From NCBI GenBank assembly GCA_041937175.2, contig CP166615.1:3104001-3168000 (forward strand): a stretch of DNA of 64,000 nt. The letters run 5' to 3'. This document shows, piece after piece, positions 1-9,482 of this stretch. Below the pieces are notes generated by a model. The model was not told the DNA's origin. It made no database searches and worked only from the letters and a program-made list of their open reading frames with translations. Made by a program: the position numbers and the translations under genes. Source of the DNA: Limnothrix sp. BL-A-16. Lineage in GTDB: Bacteria > Cyanobacteriota > Cyanobacteriia > CACIAM-69d. Position 1 is the stretch's first letter, and each line of letters begins with the position of its first letter.

Positions 1-491
1 CATTGCCTCGCTGCTGTGGCAATTGAGGAGTAGCAACGCAAACACCTGCCTGAGTAATTCTTGTTGGACGAGTGAATGGTTAGTAATTGCTCGCGACTAG
101 GGCAATTTGAAGCTAGGGGTTTCACCCCTCCTATGCTTGAGTTAGAACCCTACGGAATGACACTAGGGTTAAGTTGGGCGTGGGAGTGCGCTCCGAACCA
201 TTGTCGCGAATTGATTGGTCGCCAATTAAGTCTCCAATTGATCGATCGCGAATTTATTCAGGTGCATTTGCCGTTGCTGTTGCAAATCGTTGTGCAGTCG
301 CCATGGCAGCTTCCAAGTCAGGTTCGACCGAAACCACCGGCCGAGACCCAGGGGTCTCCAGCCGATCGGGGGCAGTGGATCGATCAACCCTGTGGTCAAC
401 CATGGGTCAGGTCAGGTCAGCGATGTTGGCCCGAATCTATTGGCCAAGGGCTGATGTGGTGGAACTATCAGGGGGCCAGGAGGGTGATCGC

Positions 492-3400
492 GTGAACTTA
501 CGCCGAAAAACCTTGGCGATTGTGGGGATGGCGGCGGTGGTGTCGATCGTGACGCTCTGCATTGCGCTGTCGGTGTTGGTCTCTGGGGACTTTCGGGCCC
601 TGGAGGTGCAATATGCGCGCCAAGATGCTCAACGGGCCATGGATGCCCTCTCGGCGGATTTTGACAGTCTGGCGGTGGCGGCTCAGGAATATGCAGAGTG
701 GGACGATACCTATGAATTCATCGAAACGCGCAACCCTGCCTATATCCAATCCAATCTGATCGATCGCACGTTTACGGCTTTGCGGCTGAATGCGATCGCG
801 ATTGTGAATCGCCAGAAGCAAGTGCTTTACAGCCAAGGATTTGATGCGACGCGGGGGCGGTTGCAACCGGCCGATCGCTCCCTGTTGAACTATTTGGCTG
901 GGCCGGGCCAAACGACGCTTTTACAACAGGATCAGCCCGATCGCGTAATTTCGGGGTTGGTGTCCCTGCCGGAAGGGGTGTTGATGGTGGCGGCCCGCCC
1001 GATCGTCACCAGCCAAGGAGCCGGCCCCATTCGCGGCGCGTTGGTGGTGGGCCGCTGGTTGGATCAAGTGGAAATCGATCGCCTGGCGGAGGGGGTAGAA
1101 TTACAGCTTTCTCTGCGGCCGGCGGTCAGCCTAGAGCAATTTCAGGCTGCGGACTCTGGAACCCTCGGCCAGCCCATGACCCTGGAGGTGAGCCGGCCCG
1201 GTTTGGCCCGCAGCCCAATCTCCATCACGGCCCTGGAATCCTTGGATCTGCTGCGGGCGGAAATTCTGCTGCGGAACCTGGAAGGGGAACCGGCCCTGAT
1301 TTTGGAAGTGACGCTGCCTCGGGAAATTTATCACCGCAGCCAACGGGCGATCCGCTATCTGGGAGCCGCCACGGTGTTTTGTGGGGTGCTCTTTGGGGGC
1401 GTGGCCCTGCTGTCGATCGAGAAATTGGTGCTTGCCCGGTTAACTCGCCTCAGCACTGCGGTGGCCACCATTGGCCAGAGCGGCAACCTGGCCACTCGCT
1501 TAGAAATGCCTGGCAGTGACGAGCTGGGTCTTCTATCCAACAATATCGATGAGATGCTGGAGGCGCTCGATCGATTCCAACGGGAGCGATCGAGTGTCGA
1601 AGAGCGCTACCGGATCATGGCGGAGAACTCCACCGACTTGATCTCCCGGCAAACGGCCGACAATGTTTATATCTATGCCTCCCCCGCCTGCATGGCCCTG
1701 TTGGGCTATCACCCGGAAGAAATGGTGGGGCAACAACGTTGGGACTTTATCCATCCGGCCGATCGCGCTCGCCTCATCGAAGAAGACCAGCACGCCCGCG
1801 ATCGCAAAGCCACCTACACCACCCAATATCGAATTCGTCGCCACGATGGGTTCTACATCTGGTTTGAAACCACCAGTCGCGCCATCTACGACTCCCACAG
1901 CGGCGAATTTCAGGGCACGTTGTCCGTTTCGCGGGACATCACCCCCCGCAAACAGGTGGAGCAAGATCTGCGCGACAGCGAAAGTTCCATTCGTCGCCTC
2001 TATCAAATTGCCGCCGCTCGCCAACTGACCTTTGACGATCGATTGCAACGGTTGCTGCAAATGGGTTGCGAGCAATTTGGCTTGGAACTGGGGCTGCTGG
2101 TGGAAATTGACGATCGATTTGCCACCCTCCCGGATCCAGACCCTGCGGACTACAACGGTGGCATGGCCGCCGTGGGCGATTTGCAATGCCGCGTGGTGGG
2201 CATCTTTCACACGGGCGATCGCGCCCAAATGCCCAGCACCTGGGACTGGCAAGCGGGCGATCGGTTCCCCCTGCGCAACACCATCTTTCAGATTGCCGTT
2301 GCCCGCGAAGAGCCACTGTATTTCGAGTCCAAATCCCTGGCCCAGCTTGGCCCCACCGCCGTTGATGCGGCCCTGGAAATCGAAGCCTACCTCGGCACGC
2401 CAATCACCGTCGGCCGTCGGGGCTACGGCACCCTCTGTTTTTGGAGCAATCAAACCCGCAACCAGCCCTTCAAAGCCGTTGATATTGGTCTTTTGGAGCT
2501 GATGGGCCAATGGATTGGCGGCGAACTGGAACGCAAACAGGCCGCCGACGATCTGGCCCGGGCCCGCGACCAAGCCTTAGAGGCCACCCGGGCCAAGAGC
2601 GAATTTTTGGCCACCATGAGCCACGAAATCCGCACCCCCATGAACGCCGTCATCGGCATGACCGGGTTGCTGTTGGACACGGAACTAACCAGTCAGCAGC
2701 GGGACTTTGTGGAAACCGTTCGCAGTAGCGGCGATGCCCTGCTGGCGATCATTAACGACATCCTGGACTTCTCCAAGATCGAATCCGGCAAGCTGGATTT
2801 GGAATCGCAGCCCTTCGATTTGCGCAGTTGTATTGAAGAGTCCCTGGATTTATTAGCCGCCAAGGCCAGCGACAAGGGCTTGGATTTAGCCTACTGGATG
2901 GGATCAGCCGTCCCCAACCTAATCGTGGGGGACATTACCCGCCTGCGCCAAATTTTTGTGAACTTGGTGGGCAATGCGGTCAAGTTCACGGCCCGTGGGG
3001 AAGTGGTGATTCAGGTCGAGGCCAAGCCCCACACCACCAGCGACGAATCGAATGCCTTGCTGCAAAGCGACAGCACCCTTCCCCCAACCCGTTCCCACGA
3101 CTACAACGCACCGCTGTACGACATTCACTTTGCGGTGCGGGATACGGGCATTGGCATTCCGAGCGATCGCATGAACCGCCTGTTCAAATCCTTCAGCCAG
3201 GTGGATTCTTCCACCACTCGCCAATACGGCGGCACAGGGCTGGGGCTAGCGATCAGCAAGCGGCTCTCGGAAATGATGGGCGGGCGGATGTGGGTGGAAA
3301 GCGAACTGGGCAAAGGTTCCGTTTTTCACTTCACGATCGTGGCGGCGGCGGCTCCCTATGCGTCCCTGGTGGATTTCTATGAAGTCCAGCCCTATCTGCA

Positions 3401-4844
3401 AGGGAAGCGGGTGTTGATTGTGGATGACAACGCTACCCATCGGGATATTTTGGTGCGGCAGGTGGAGGCCTGGGGCACGGTGACCCACAGCACCGCTTCA
3501 CCCCAGGAAGCGATCGCCTGGATGATGCAAGGACAATCCTTTGATTTGGCGCTGCTGGATTTGCAAATGCCGCAGATGGACGGCTTGCAGTTGGCCCAGC
3601 GGTTGCAGGATTTGGCATTGCCCAAAACAACGCCATTGCGGATGATTGCCATGGCTCCAATGGGCTATCAGGAGCGCAGTGCCTCGCCGGTTTTTGCGAC
3701 AGTGGTGAACAAACCCATCAAGCAATCTCAGCTCTACAACGCGATCGTGACGGTGTTGGGCGGGCGCACGGCGGAAACGGTGGCCGCGCGATCGGTCACG
3801 GCCGATGTGGATCCCCACATGGCCGAGTTCCACCCGCTGCGGATTTTGCTGGCGGAAGACCATGCGGTGAACCAAAAGGTGGCGTTGCAGATTTTGCAGC
3901 GCATGGGGTATCGGGCTGATGTGGCGGGTAATGGGATTGAGGTGCTAGAGGCTCTGCGCCGTCAACCCTATGACGTGGTGTTGATGGATATGCAGATGCC
4001 GGAGATGGACGGGTTGGAAGCCACGGAGCGAATCCGACAGGAATGGGTGACAGAGCAGGGGCCCTACATCATTGCCATGACCGCTAACGCGATGCAGGGC
4101 GATCGGGAGGCTTGTATTCGAGCAGGGATGGATGATTACATCAGCAAGCCGATCCGAATTCAGAAGCTGGCGGAGGCTTTGGGGCGCTGTCCTTCTCGGG
4201 GGTTTGTCCAAGGGGGAACCGGCGAAACTGCGCCGGAACCGCCAACCTTGTCCGATTCGGTGTTGCCTGCGGTGGCGGAGAACGGTGCGGGAGCCGTGGC
4301 GATCGCCTTGCCGCAATTGGTGACGGCCCTTGTGAGCGCCGACTCGGAAGCGGTTGTGACCGAGGCGGTGACCCATACCAGCCCTGGGGAGCGGAACGGG
4401 GTCGGGCCGGACGTTGATCGAGCGGGTGACCGAACGGCCTCGGAACCAGCCGGGCCGCCGTTGCCTCCGGGGTGGACAGCCCATCAGGAACCCATTTTGG
4501 ATGAGCAAATCCTGAGCAGCCTGCGGGAGGTGGAGGTGCTAGATGAGGCGATCGAACTCTACTTGCGCGATTCTCCAATGCTGTTGGAAAAGGTGCGATC
4601 GGCCCTGAGCAATGGCAACACAGCCCACTTGAAAGATGCGGCCCATTCCCTCAAGTCCACCAGCGGAACCATGGGGGCCCTGTTGGTCTATCAAACCAGC
4701 CAGCACATTGAAACCGCTGCAAAACAGGGAGACTTGGCCCTCGCGCAGCGATGGTTACCCGTTGTGGAACAAGAACACCAACGAGCGGTGAATCAGCTCA
4801 AAAGTTTGGGGTTGGTGTTCCAGTCTTTGGAAGCGGAGGCTTGA
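492..4844 (+). CDS. Hybrid sensor histidine kinase (TM-CHASE4-TM-HAMP-PAS-GAF-HisKA-HATPase-REC-REC-Hpt)
   Basis: CHASE4-like 'EWDDTYEF'; H-box '[14 protein letters not shown]'; 'DTGIG' and 'GGTGLGL'; two receiver domains; Hpt 'AHSLKS'. The GTG at 492 after AGGAGG is preferred over the ORF-track start at 174. Confidence 0.92.
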   Translation: MNLRRKTLAIVGMAAVVSIVTLCIALSVLVSGDFRALEVQYARQDAQRAMDALSADFDSLAVAAQEYAEWDDTYEFIETRNPAYIQSNLIDRTFTALRLNAIAIVNRQKQVLYSQGFDATRGRLQPADRSLLNYLAGPGQTTLLQQDQPDRVISGLVSLPEGVLMVAARPIVTSQGAGPIRGALVVGRWLDQVEIDRLAEGVELQLSLRPAVSLEQFQAADSGTLGQPMTLEVSRPGLARSPISITALESLDLLRAEILLRNLEGEPALILEVTLPREIYHRSQRAIRYLGAATVFCGVLFGGVALLSIEKLVLARLTRLSTAVATIGQSGNLATRLEMPGSDELGLLSNNIDEMLEALDRFQRERSSVEERYRIMAENSTDLISRQTADNVYIYASPACMALLGYHPEEMVGQQRWDFIHPADRARLIEEDQHARDRKATYTTQYRIRRHDGFYIWFETTSRAIYDSHSGEFQGTLSVSRDITPRKQVEQDLRDSESSIRRLYQIAAARQLTFDDRLQRLLQMGCEQFGLELGLLVEIDDRFATLPDPDPADYNGGMAAVGDLQCRVVGIFHTGDRAQMPSTWDWQAGDRFPLRNTIFQIAVAREEPLYFESKSLAQLGPTAVDAALEIEAYLGTPITVGRRGYGTLCFWSNQTRNQPFKAVDIGLLELMGQWIGGELERKQAADDLARARDQALEATRAKSEFLATMSHEIRTPMNAVIGMTGLLLDTELTSQQRDFVETVRSSGDALLAIINDILDFSKIESGKLDLESQPFDLRSCIEESLDLLAAKASDKGLDLAYWMGSAVPNLIVGDITRLRQIFVNLVGNAVKFTARGEVVIQVEAKPHTTSDESNALLQSDSTLPPTRSHDYNAPLYDIHFAVRDTGIGIPSDRMNRLFKSFSQVDSSTTRQYGGTGLGLAISKRLSEMMGGRMWVESELGKGSVFHFTIVAAAAPYASLVDFYEVQPYLQGKRVLIVDDNATHRDILVRQVEAWGTVTHSTASPQEAIAWMMQGQSFDLALLDLQMPQMDGLQLAQRLQDLALPKTTPLRMIAMAPMGYQERSASPVFATVVNKPIKQSQLYNAIVTVLGGRTAETVAARSVTADVDPHMAEFHPLRILLAEDHAVNQKVALQILQRMGYRADVAGNGIEVLEALRRQPYDVVLMDMQMPEMDGLEATERIRQEWVTEQGPYIIAMTANAMQGDREACIRAGMDDYISKPIRIQKLAEALGRCPSRGFVQGGTGETAPEPPTLSDSVLPAVAENGAGAVAIALPQLVTALVSADSEAVVTEAVTHTSPGERNGVGPDVDRAGDRTASEPAGPPLPPGWTAHQEPILDEQILSSLREVEVLDEAIELYLRDSPMLLEKVRSALSNGNTAHLKDAAHSLKSTSGTMGALLVYQTSQHIETAAKQGDLALAQRWLPVVEQEHQRAVNQLKSLGLVFQSLEAEA

Positions 4845-5013
4845 AGCGACTGGGGCCGAAGTCTGATGGATCGGTGATCCCAGGCAGAGTAGCGAGAAAC
4901 CCACAATGCGGTTTTGCTGTGCTATGAATCACAGCGATCGGGTAGTAATGGCCATACACTAGGAAACAGGGTGTCAGACCCCCTAAAGTCAACGCACTAC
5001 CCTGCTAGTAACC

Positions 5014-5802
5014 ATGGCTGCTCGTCCTGCTTGTATTGCGCCCAACGATCTGCGCGCCCGCAGTTTGGAGTTGCTGAACGCCTATCGGGCCTGTCCCTCA
5101 ACGGAACTGCGCAATCGCTTGGTTGAGCTGAACTTTGGCCTGGTGAAGAAAGAAGCGGCCCACTGGGTTGCCCAATGCCAGGAAAGCTACGAAGATCTGC
5201 TCCAAATTGGCAGCATTGGCCTCATTCGGGCGATCGAGCGGTTTGATGCTAGCAAGGGCAACGCCTTTAGCTCCTTCGCCCTTCCCTACATTCGGGGCGA
5301 AATTCAGCACTACCTCCGCGATCGCAGTAGTTCAATTCGGATTCCTCGCCGCTGGTTGGAACTCCAGCAGCAATCCGCCACCATCACCCGCAACTTGCGG
5401 GAATCCCTGGGCCGTCAGCCCAATGATTGGGAAATTGCGGAGGCCCTCGGGATTGAGCTGAGCGAGTGGCAGCATGTGGAGCTGGCTCGTCAAAATCGAT
5501 CGCCCCTCAGCCTGGATGCGCCGGTACGCAGCGACGAAGAGGAACCGTCATCCTTGGGGGACACGCTCCCTGATCGTAAATATCGCAGCTTCCAACTGGC
5601 CGAAGAAGACCGCCTGCGTTTGAACCAAGCCTTGGTCAAACTAGAAGAGCGCACCCGCCAGATTCTGGAATTTGTTTTCCTCCATGACTTGACCCAAAAA
5701 GAAGTGGCCGATCGGATGGGAATCAGCGCTGTGACCGTTTCCCGTCGGGTGCGCAAGGGTCTCGAGTCCTTGAAGGACATGATGGAACCTGTTGACGATT
5801 AG
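5014..5802 (+). CDS. sigF: Group 3 RNA polymerase sigma factor, SigF type
   Basis: 'RNRLVELNFGLVKKEAAHW', 'EDLLQIGSIGLIRAIERFD', 'FSSFALPYIRGEIQHYLRD', 'YRSFQLAEED', C-terminal HTH. Confidence 0.88.
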   Translation: MAARPACIAPNDLRARSLELLNAYRACPSTELRNRLVELNFGLVKKEAAHWVAQCQESYEDLLQIGSIGLIRAIERFDASKGNAFSSFALPYIRGEIQHYLRDRSSSIRIPRRWLELQQQSATITRNLRESLGRQPNDWEIAEALGIELSEWQHVELARQNRSPLSLDAPVRSDEEEPSSLGDTLPDRKYRSFQLAEEDRLRLNQALVKLEERTRQILEFVFLHDLTQKEVADRMGISAVTVSRRVRKGLESLKDMMEPVDD

Positions 5803-6107
5803 TTAATGATTAACCATTGATGATTAAGCGTTGATGACTAAACCTTGACCACTCAGCGGTTCAGGTTGAACCTTTGGGTAATCACATAGCCCCGTTCTGA
5901 TCGCTTAGGAGTTGATCTCATCAAGCTCCAGAGGCCAGTTCTTAACCCGATTGAAGTCGCTTCCGAGGCAGCATTGCCAAACCCGAAGCCAATCGGAGAT
6001 CAGGACTCAGAAAACGAGACGATCGCCTAGCCATTGGTTACAATGCTGGGCAGCTCAGTCCCTTGGACTCAACCATCCCGCGGACTCAACCATCGGAGAA
6101 TTCACCT

Positions 6108-6953
6108 ATGCCCAGCCTGGTACGGTTTGGGGCAGCCGTAGCCCTGCTGGTGGCAGCCACCAGTTGTGGTGGCCCCACAGACACTGCAACCACTAACGAG
6201 GCCAGCCCAACTGCGTCCCCCGCCAGCGGTACGGATGCGCCCGCCGCCACCGTGCCCAAGGCTGACTTCAAATCGCCCATGGTTGCCGGTCGCCCCAAGA
6301 CGGCCGTACCCACCATCCAGCGGTTTATTCAGCCCACCAACATCGACGCAAGGGCCAAGCAAACCCAAACCGAAATTCAGCAAAATAGCAAAAACAGTCG
6401 GCGCGATCCCTTTGCGATTCCGCTGCAAGTGCAGCCCCTGGCCAAGTTGCCGGACGGCAGCCCTGTGGGCCCCAGCGTGACCCAATCCCCCCGACCGATC
6501 GCCATTCCATCCCCCACTTGGCAAGAGCCGGAAACCGACGTGGAAGGCCGCGATTTCCGAGGCTATCCCCCGCCAACGCTGGTTGATCCGCCCAAGCCGC
6601 GGCCGGCGGTGCGTCGTCCCACGCCTGCTCGCTCTCCGGTGGCCGCGCGGCCGCAAGTGCCGCCTGTGACGGTTCCCAGCCAGCCGCCCGCGCCCCCTTC
6701 GCCCACAGATGCCCTCAGTTTGCGGGTGACCGGTGTGGTGCAAGTGGGCGATCGATTCCAAATCATTGTGCAAATTCCCGGTGAGAACTCCGAGCGCTAC
6801 GTGAATGTGGGCGATCGAATTGCCAATGGCCAGGTTTTGGTGAAGCGGGTGGAACTGAGCAAGACTCTGGATCCGGTGGTGATTTTTGAGCAATATGGCC
6901 AAGAAGTGGCGAAAAATGTGGGTGACAGTGCCCAACCGATCGCCATGCGTTAG
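6108..6953 (+). CDS. Pro-rich putative lipoprotein with a C-terminal beta domain (GspC/PilP-like by inference)
   Basis: Signal peptide ending 'VAATSC', 'RRDPF' motif, Pro-rich linker, 'VTGVVQVG..YVNVGDRI' C-terminus. ATG 6108 follows GGAG. Confidence 0.7.
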   Translation: MPSLVRFGAAVALLVAATSCGGPTDTATTNEASPTASPASGTDAPAATVPKADFKSPMVAGRPKTAVPTIQRFIQPTNIDARAKQTQTEIQQNSKNSRRDPFAIPLQVQPLAKLPDGSPVGPSVTQSPRPIAIPSPTWQEPETDVEGRDFRGYPPPTLVDPPKPRPAVRRPTPARSPVAARPQVPPVTVPSQPPAPPSPTDALSLRVTGVVQVGDRFQIIVQIPGENSERYVNVGDRIANGQVLVKRVELSKTLDPVVIFEQYGQEVAKNVGDSAQPIAMR

Positions 6954-6956
6954 GGA

Positions 6957-7115
6957 TTGCTTCAGCAAAATCGCTCAAGCAATTGCCGAACCCGATTTGC
7001 TCAGCCAAAGTTCCCGAACCCGATTTGCTCAGCCAGAATTACCCGGACAGAATTGCCCAACCAGAATTATTCAGCCAAAATTGCTTAACCAAGTTTGCTG
7101 AACCAAATTTGCCTG
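6957..7115. repeat. Degenerate 14-bp tandem repeat, about 11 units (TTGCYCARCCARAA-like)
   Basis: ttgccgaacccgat ttgctcagccaaag ttcccgaacccgat ttgctcagccagaa ttacccggacagaa ttgcccaaccagaa ttattcagccaaaa ttgcttaaccaagt ttgctgaaccaaat. Confidence 0.85.
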
Positions 7116-7321
7116 ACGGTCTGTTATCAAATTTCTAAAACCCTGATGTTGTCGTTTGGGTGACTGGTGGCTGCTGATGGTTTTGGGTATCCGCAGTTCC
7201 CGACTCTTCATGGTTAAAGGCTGTGGAGAGAGTCCTCGGGTGCTTAAGGTTAAGAGCGGTTCAGCGATGGTTGAGCCACGCATCCGAGCGAGGAAGAAGT
7301 GAACCAGAAAGGAGTGAGGAC

Positions 7322-7855
7322 ATGGCTGGTTTAACGCGAACAACGTGGATTCGGGCCGTTTTGGCCACAACTTGCATGGCGGCCACCGCAGCGGTGGTCA
7401 TGGTCGGTAACTCGTTACCGAGCAACGCCCAGCAAAGTTGGCCGCCGGGTTTTTATCGGCGAATGAGCGATTCCACTATCCGTTGGGTTGCGGGTGATGG
7501 TCGCATGTGCCGCGTGATGAATCGCGATCAGTTGACGGCTTTTGGGGGCGATGGTGTGGTGCGAGTGGTGGGCGATCGCTCCACGTTCGATCGGGGCCGG
7601 ACGGATACAGGGATTTGCCCCTGGCCCGATGGCATCTATCGCGAAAGCAACTGGCGCAATATTTGGCAGCTTCTCTACACCGTGGGCAGCCGTCGGTATT
7701 ACTGCAACATCACCACTCAGCAACACCTCCAGGCTTACAACTTGGTCGATGAGCAAACAAACCCTGTGATTCTGACGGTTCCTAATCGATCGCGCCTGGG
7801 CTTCAAGCGGGAATGGGCGGGGGACTGTGTTTGGCCCAACATCGGCGACAACTAA
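7322..7855 (+). CDS. Secreted hypothetical protein with two internal Cys/Trp repeats
   Basis: ATG after GAGG; signal peptide 'SNA-QQ'; two repeats of WPxGxYR...C...GxCxWP. Confidence 0.7.
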   Translation: MAGLTRTTWIRAVLATTCMAATAAVVMVGNSLPSNAQQSWPPGFYRRMSDSTIRWVAGDGRMCRVMNRDQLTAFGGDGVVRVVGDRSTFDRGRTDTGICPWPDGIYRESNWRNIWQLLYTVGSRRYYCNITTQQHLQAYNLVDEQTNPVILTVPNRSRLGFKREWAGDCVWPNIGDN

Positions 7856-8157
7856 TCAACGAGATTGATGATAACGATCCGCTTCAGGGTTCTATGCCAA
7901 TGACTCGATCGACGGACTGATCGGCTGTCCTTGGTTTAGCGAGTAATAAAACTTAAAACCTCACCCCTTTAGTCGCTGGCTAGGCGATAGTAGCCTAGAG
8001 AGCAGCCACTTCACCCTGAATGGGACTGGCCTTCTGGGCTGTCCTTCCGATGTGGATGCGATTGTCACGGGCAGTCAGTCCGAGACTCAACATCGACGCG
8101 CCGATCGGGTTTCTCCAGATTTCTGGGGGCGATCAATGTAGCGTCAACCCATGGACG

Positions 8158-8183
8158 AATTAAACAGTTTCGACTGTTTAATT
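8158..8183. promoter_or_regulatory. Perfect 11-bp inverted repeat with TTCG loop upstream of psaE
   Basis: AATTAAACAGT TTCG ACTGTTTAATT. Confidence 0.5.
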
Positions 8184-8260
8184 TAGGGCCGAAATTCCTG
8201 AGTCTTAGACCTGGGGATTGGGTCAAAAGAGAGAAAAATAAACCAAAGGAAGATAAACCT

Positions 8261-8476
8261 ATGGCGGTTCAACGCGGTGCTAAGGTGCGGGTTCTGCGCC
8301 CCGAGTCGTACTGGTATCGGGATGTGGGCACGGTTGCTTCGATCGACCAAAGCGGCATCAAATACTCGGTAATTGTCCGTTTTGATAAGGTCAATTACTC
8401 GAACATTAACACCAACAACTTCGCGCCCGAAGAGCTGGAAGTGGTGGAAGCACCGAAGGCTGCTGCGAAAAAATAG
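8261..8476 (+). CDS. psaE: Photosystem I subunit IV
   Basis: '[17 protein letters not shown]', '[10 protein letters not shown]', 'NTNNF'. Confidence 0.98.
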   Translation: MAVQRGAKVRVLRPESYWYRDVGTVASIDQSGIKYSVIVRFDKVNYSNINTNNFAPEELEVVEAPKAAAKK

Positions 8477-8587
8477 GCGAATCATCGCTGCGATCGCCCG
8501 TTGGGGATGGTGGCAGCGTTTCGCAAGCCAAGGCCGTTGGCCTTGGTCTGATTCGTGGGTTGGTTCTTTGCAAGGCCGGGGGATGTT

Positions 8588-9454
8588 GTGCCAGAGCTGC
8601 CAGAGGTAGAAACCGTCCGGCGGGGGTTGGCCACAGCAACTCCCGGCTGGCTGATTGTGGGGGGTGAGGTGCTGCTCGATCGGGCGGTGGCGGCCCCGGA
8701 ACCCGAGGCGTTTTTAGCGGGCTTGCAGGGCTGTTGCTTGGTGAGCTGGAAACGACGGGGCAAGTATTTGTTGGGCGAGTTGCAGCGAGCGCAACGGCCG
8801 GCCGGCTGGTTGGGGGCCCATTTGCGAATGACGGGCCAGTTTTTGTGGGTGGATCCGGCGACTCCGGTGCATCAGCATACGCGGATCCAATTGCGATTGC
8901 GATCCAACGAGATCGAGCGAGAATTGCGATTTGTGGATCAGCGCACCTTTGGGCATTTGTGGTGGGTGTCACCCGATCGCCCGATCGAGCAGGTGATTAC
9001 CGGTTTGGCTAAGTTGGGGCCGGAACCCTTTGACCCGGCTTTTTCGATCGATTATTTTGTGGAGCGGCTGCGAAAACGCCACAAAACCATCAAAGCCACC
9101 CTGCTGGATCAAGATCTAGTGGCCGGCTTGGGCAACATCTATGCCGATGAATCCCTTTTTTTGGCGGGAATTTGGCCAGAAACAAGGGCCGCAGACCTGA
9201 GCTGGGAACAAGTTGGCAAGCTCCATCGGCAAATTCGGCAAGTGCTGGAAGCCAGCTTGGCGGCGGGCGGCACAACCTTTAGCGATTTTGTGAACTTGGA
9301 AGGGGTAAACGGTAACTACGGCGGGGAAGCTTGGGTCTATAACCGCAAAGGGCAACCCTGCCGCGTTTGTGGCACGGCGATCGAGCGGTTGCGGATTGCG
9401 GGCCGATCGAGCCATGTTTGCCCTCAATGCCAGCTCCGATCGCCCCAAGCCTGA
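8588..9454 (+). CDS. mutM: Formamidopyrimidine-DNA glycosylase
   Basis: N-terminal (M)PELPEVET from GTG 8588; 'HLRMTG'; 'GLGNIYADE'; C-terminal zinc finger. Confidence 0.97.
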   Translation: MPELPEVETVRRGLATATPGWLIVGGEVLLDRAVAAPEPEAFLAGLQGCCLVSWKRRGKYLLGELQRAQRPAGWLGAHLRMTGQFLWVDPATPVHQHTRIQLRLRSNEIERELRFVDQRTFGHLWWVSPDRPIEQVITGLAKLGPEPFDPAFSIDYFVERLRKRHKTIKATLLDQDLVAGLGNIYADESLFLAGIWPETRAADLSWEQVGKLHRQIRQVLEASLAAGGTTFSDFVNLEGVNGNYGGEAWVYNRKGQPCRVCGTAIERLRIAGRSSHVCPQCQLRSPQA

Positions 9455-9482
9455 ACCTGGAGCCATGGGGGCTAATCAATGG

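Noticed and set aside
174..491. N-terminal 106 codons of the kinase ORF
   Set aside because: Non-protein-like sequence; a GTG with a strong RBS at 492 directly precedes the first TM helix.
1533..2573. Long antisense ORFs over the kinase (similarly 20444-21403 over ndhF, 6102-6968 and 50689-51471)
   Set aside because: Shadow ORFs of well-supported genes.
6957..7115. Possible CRISPR array (also 32779-32847 and 59121-59224)
   Set aside because: Contiguous degenerate units, no unique spacers, no cas genes in the window.
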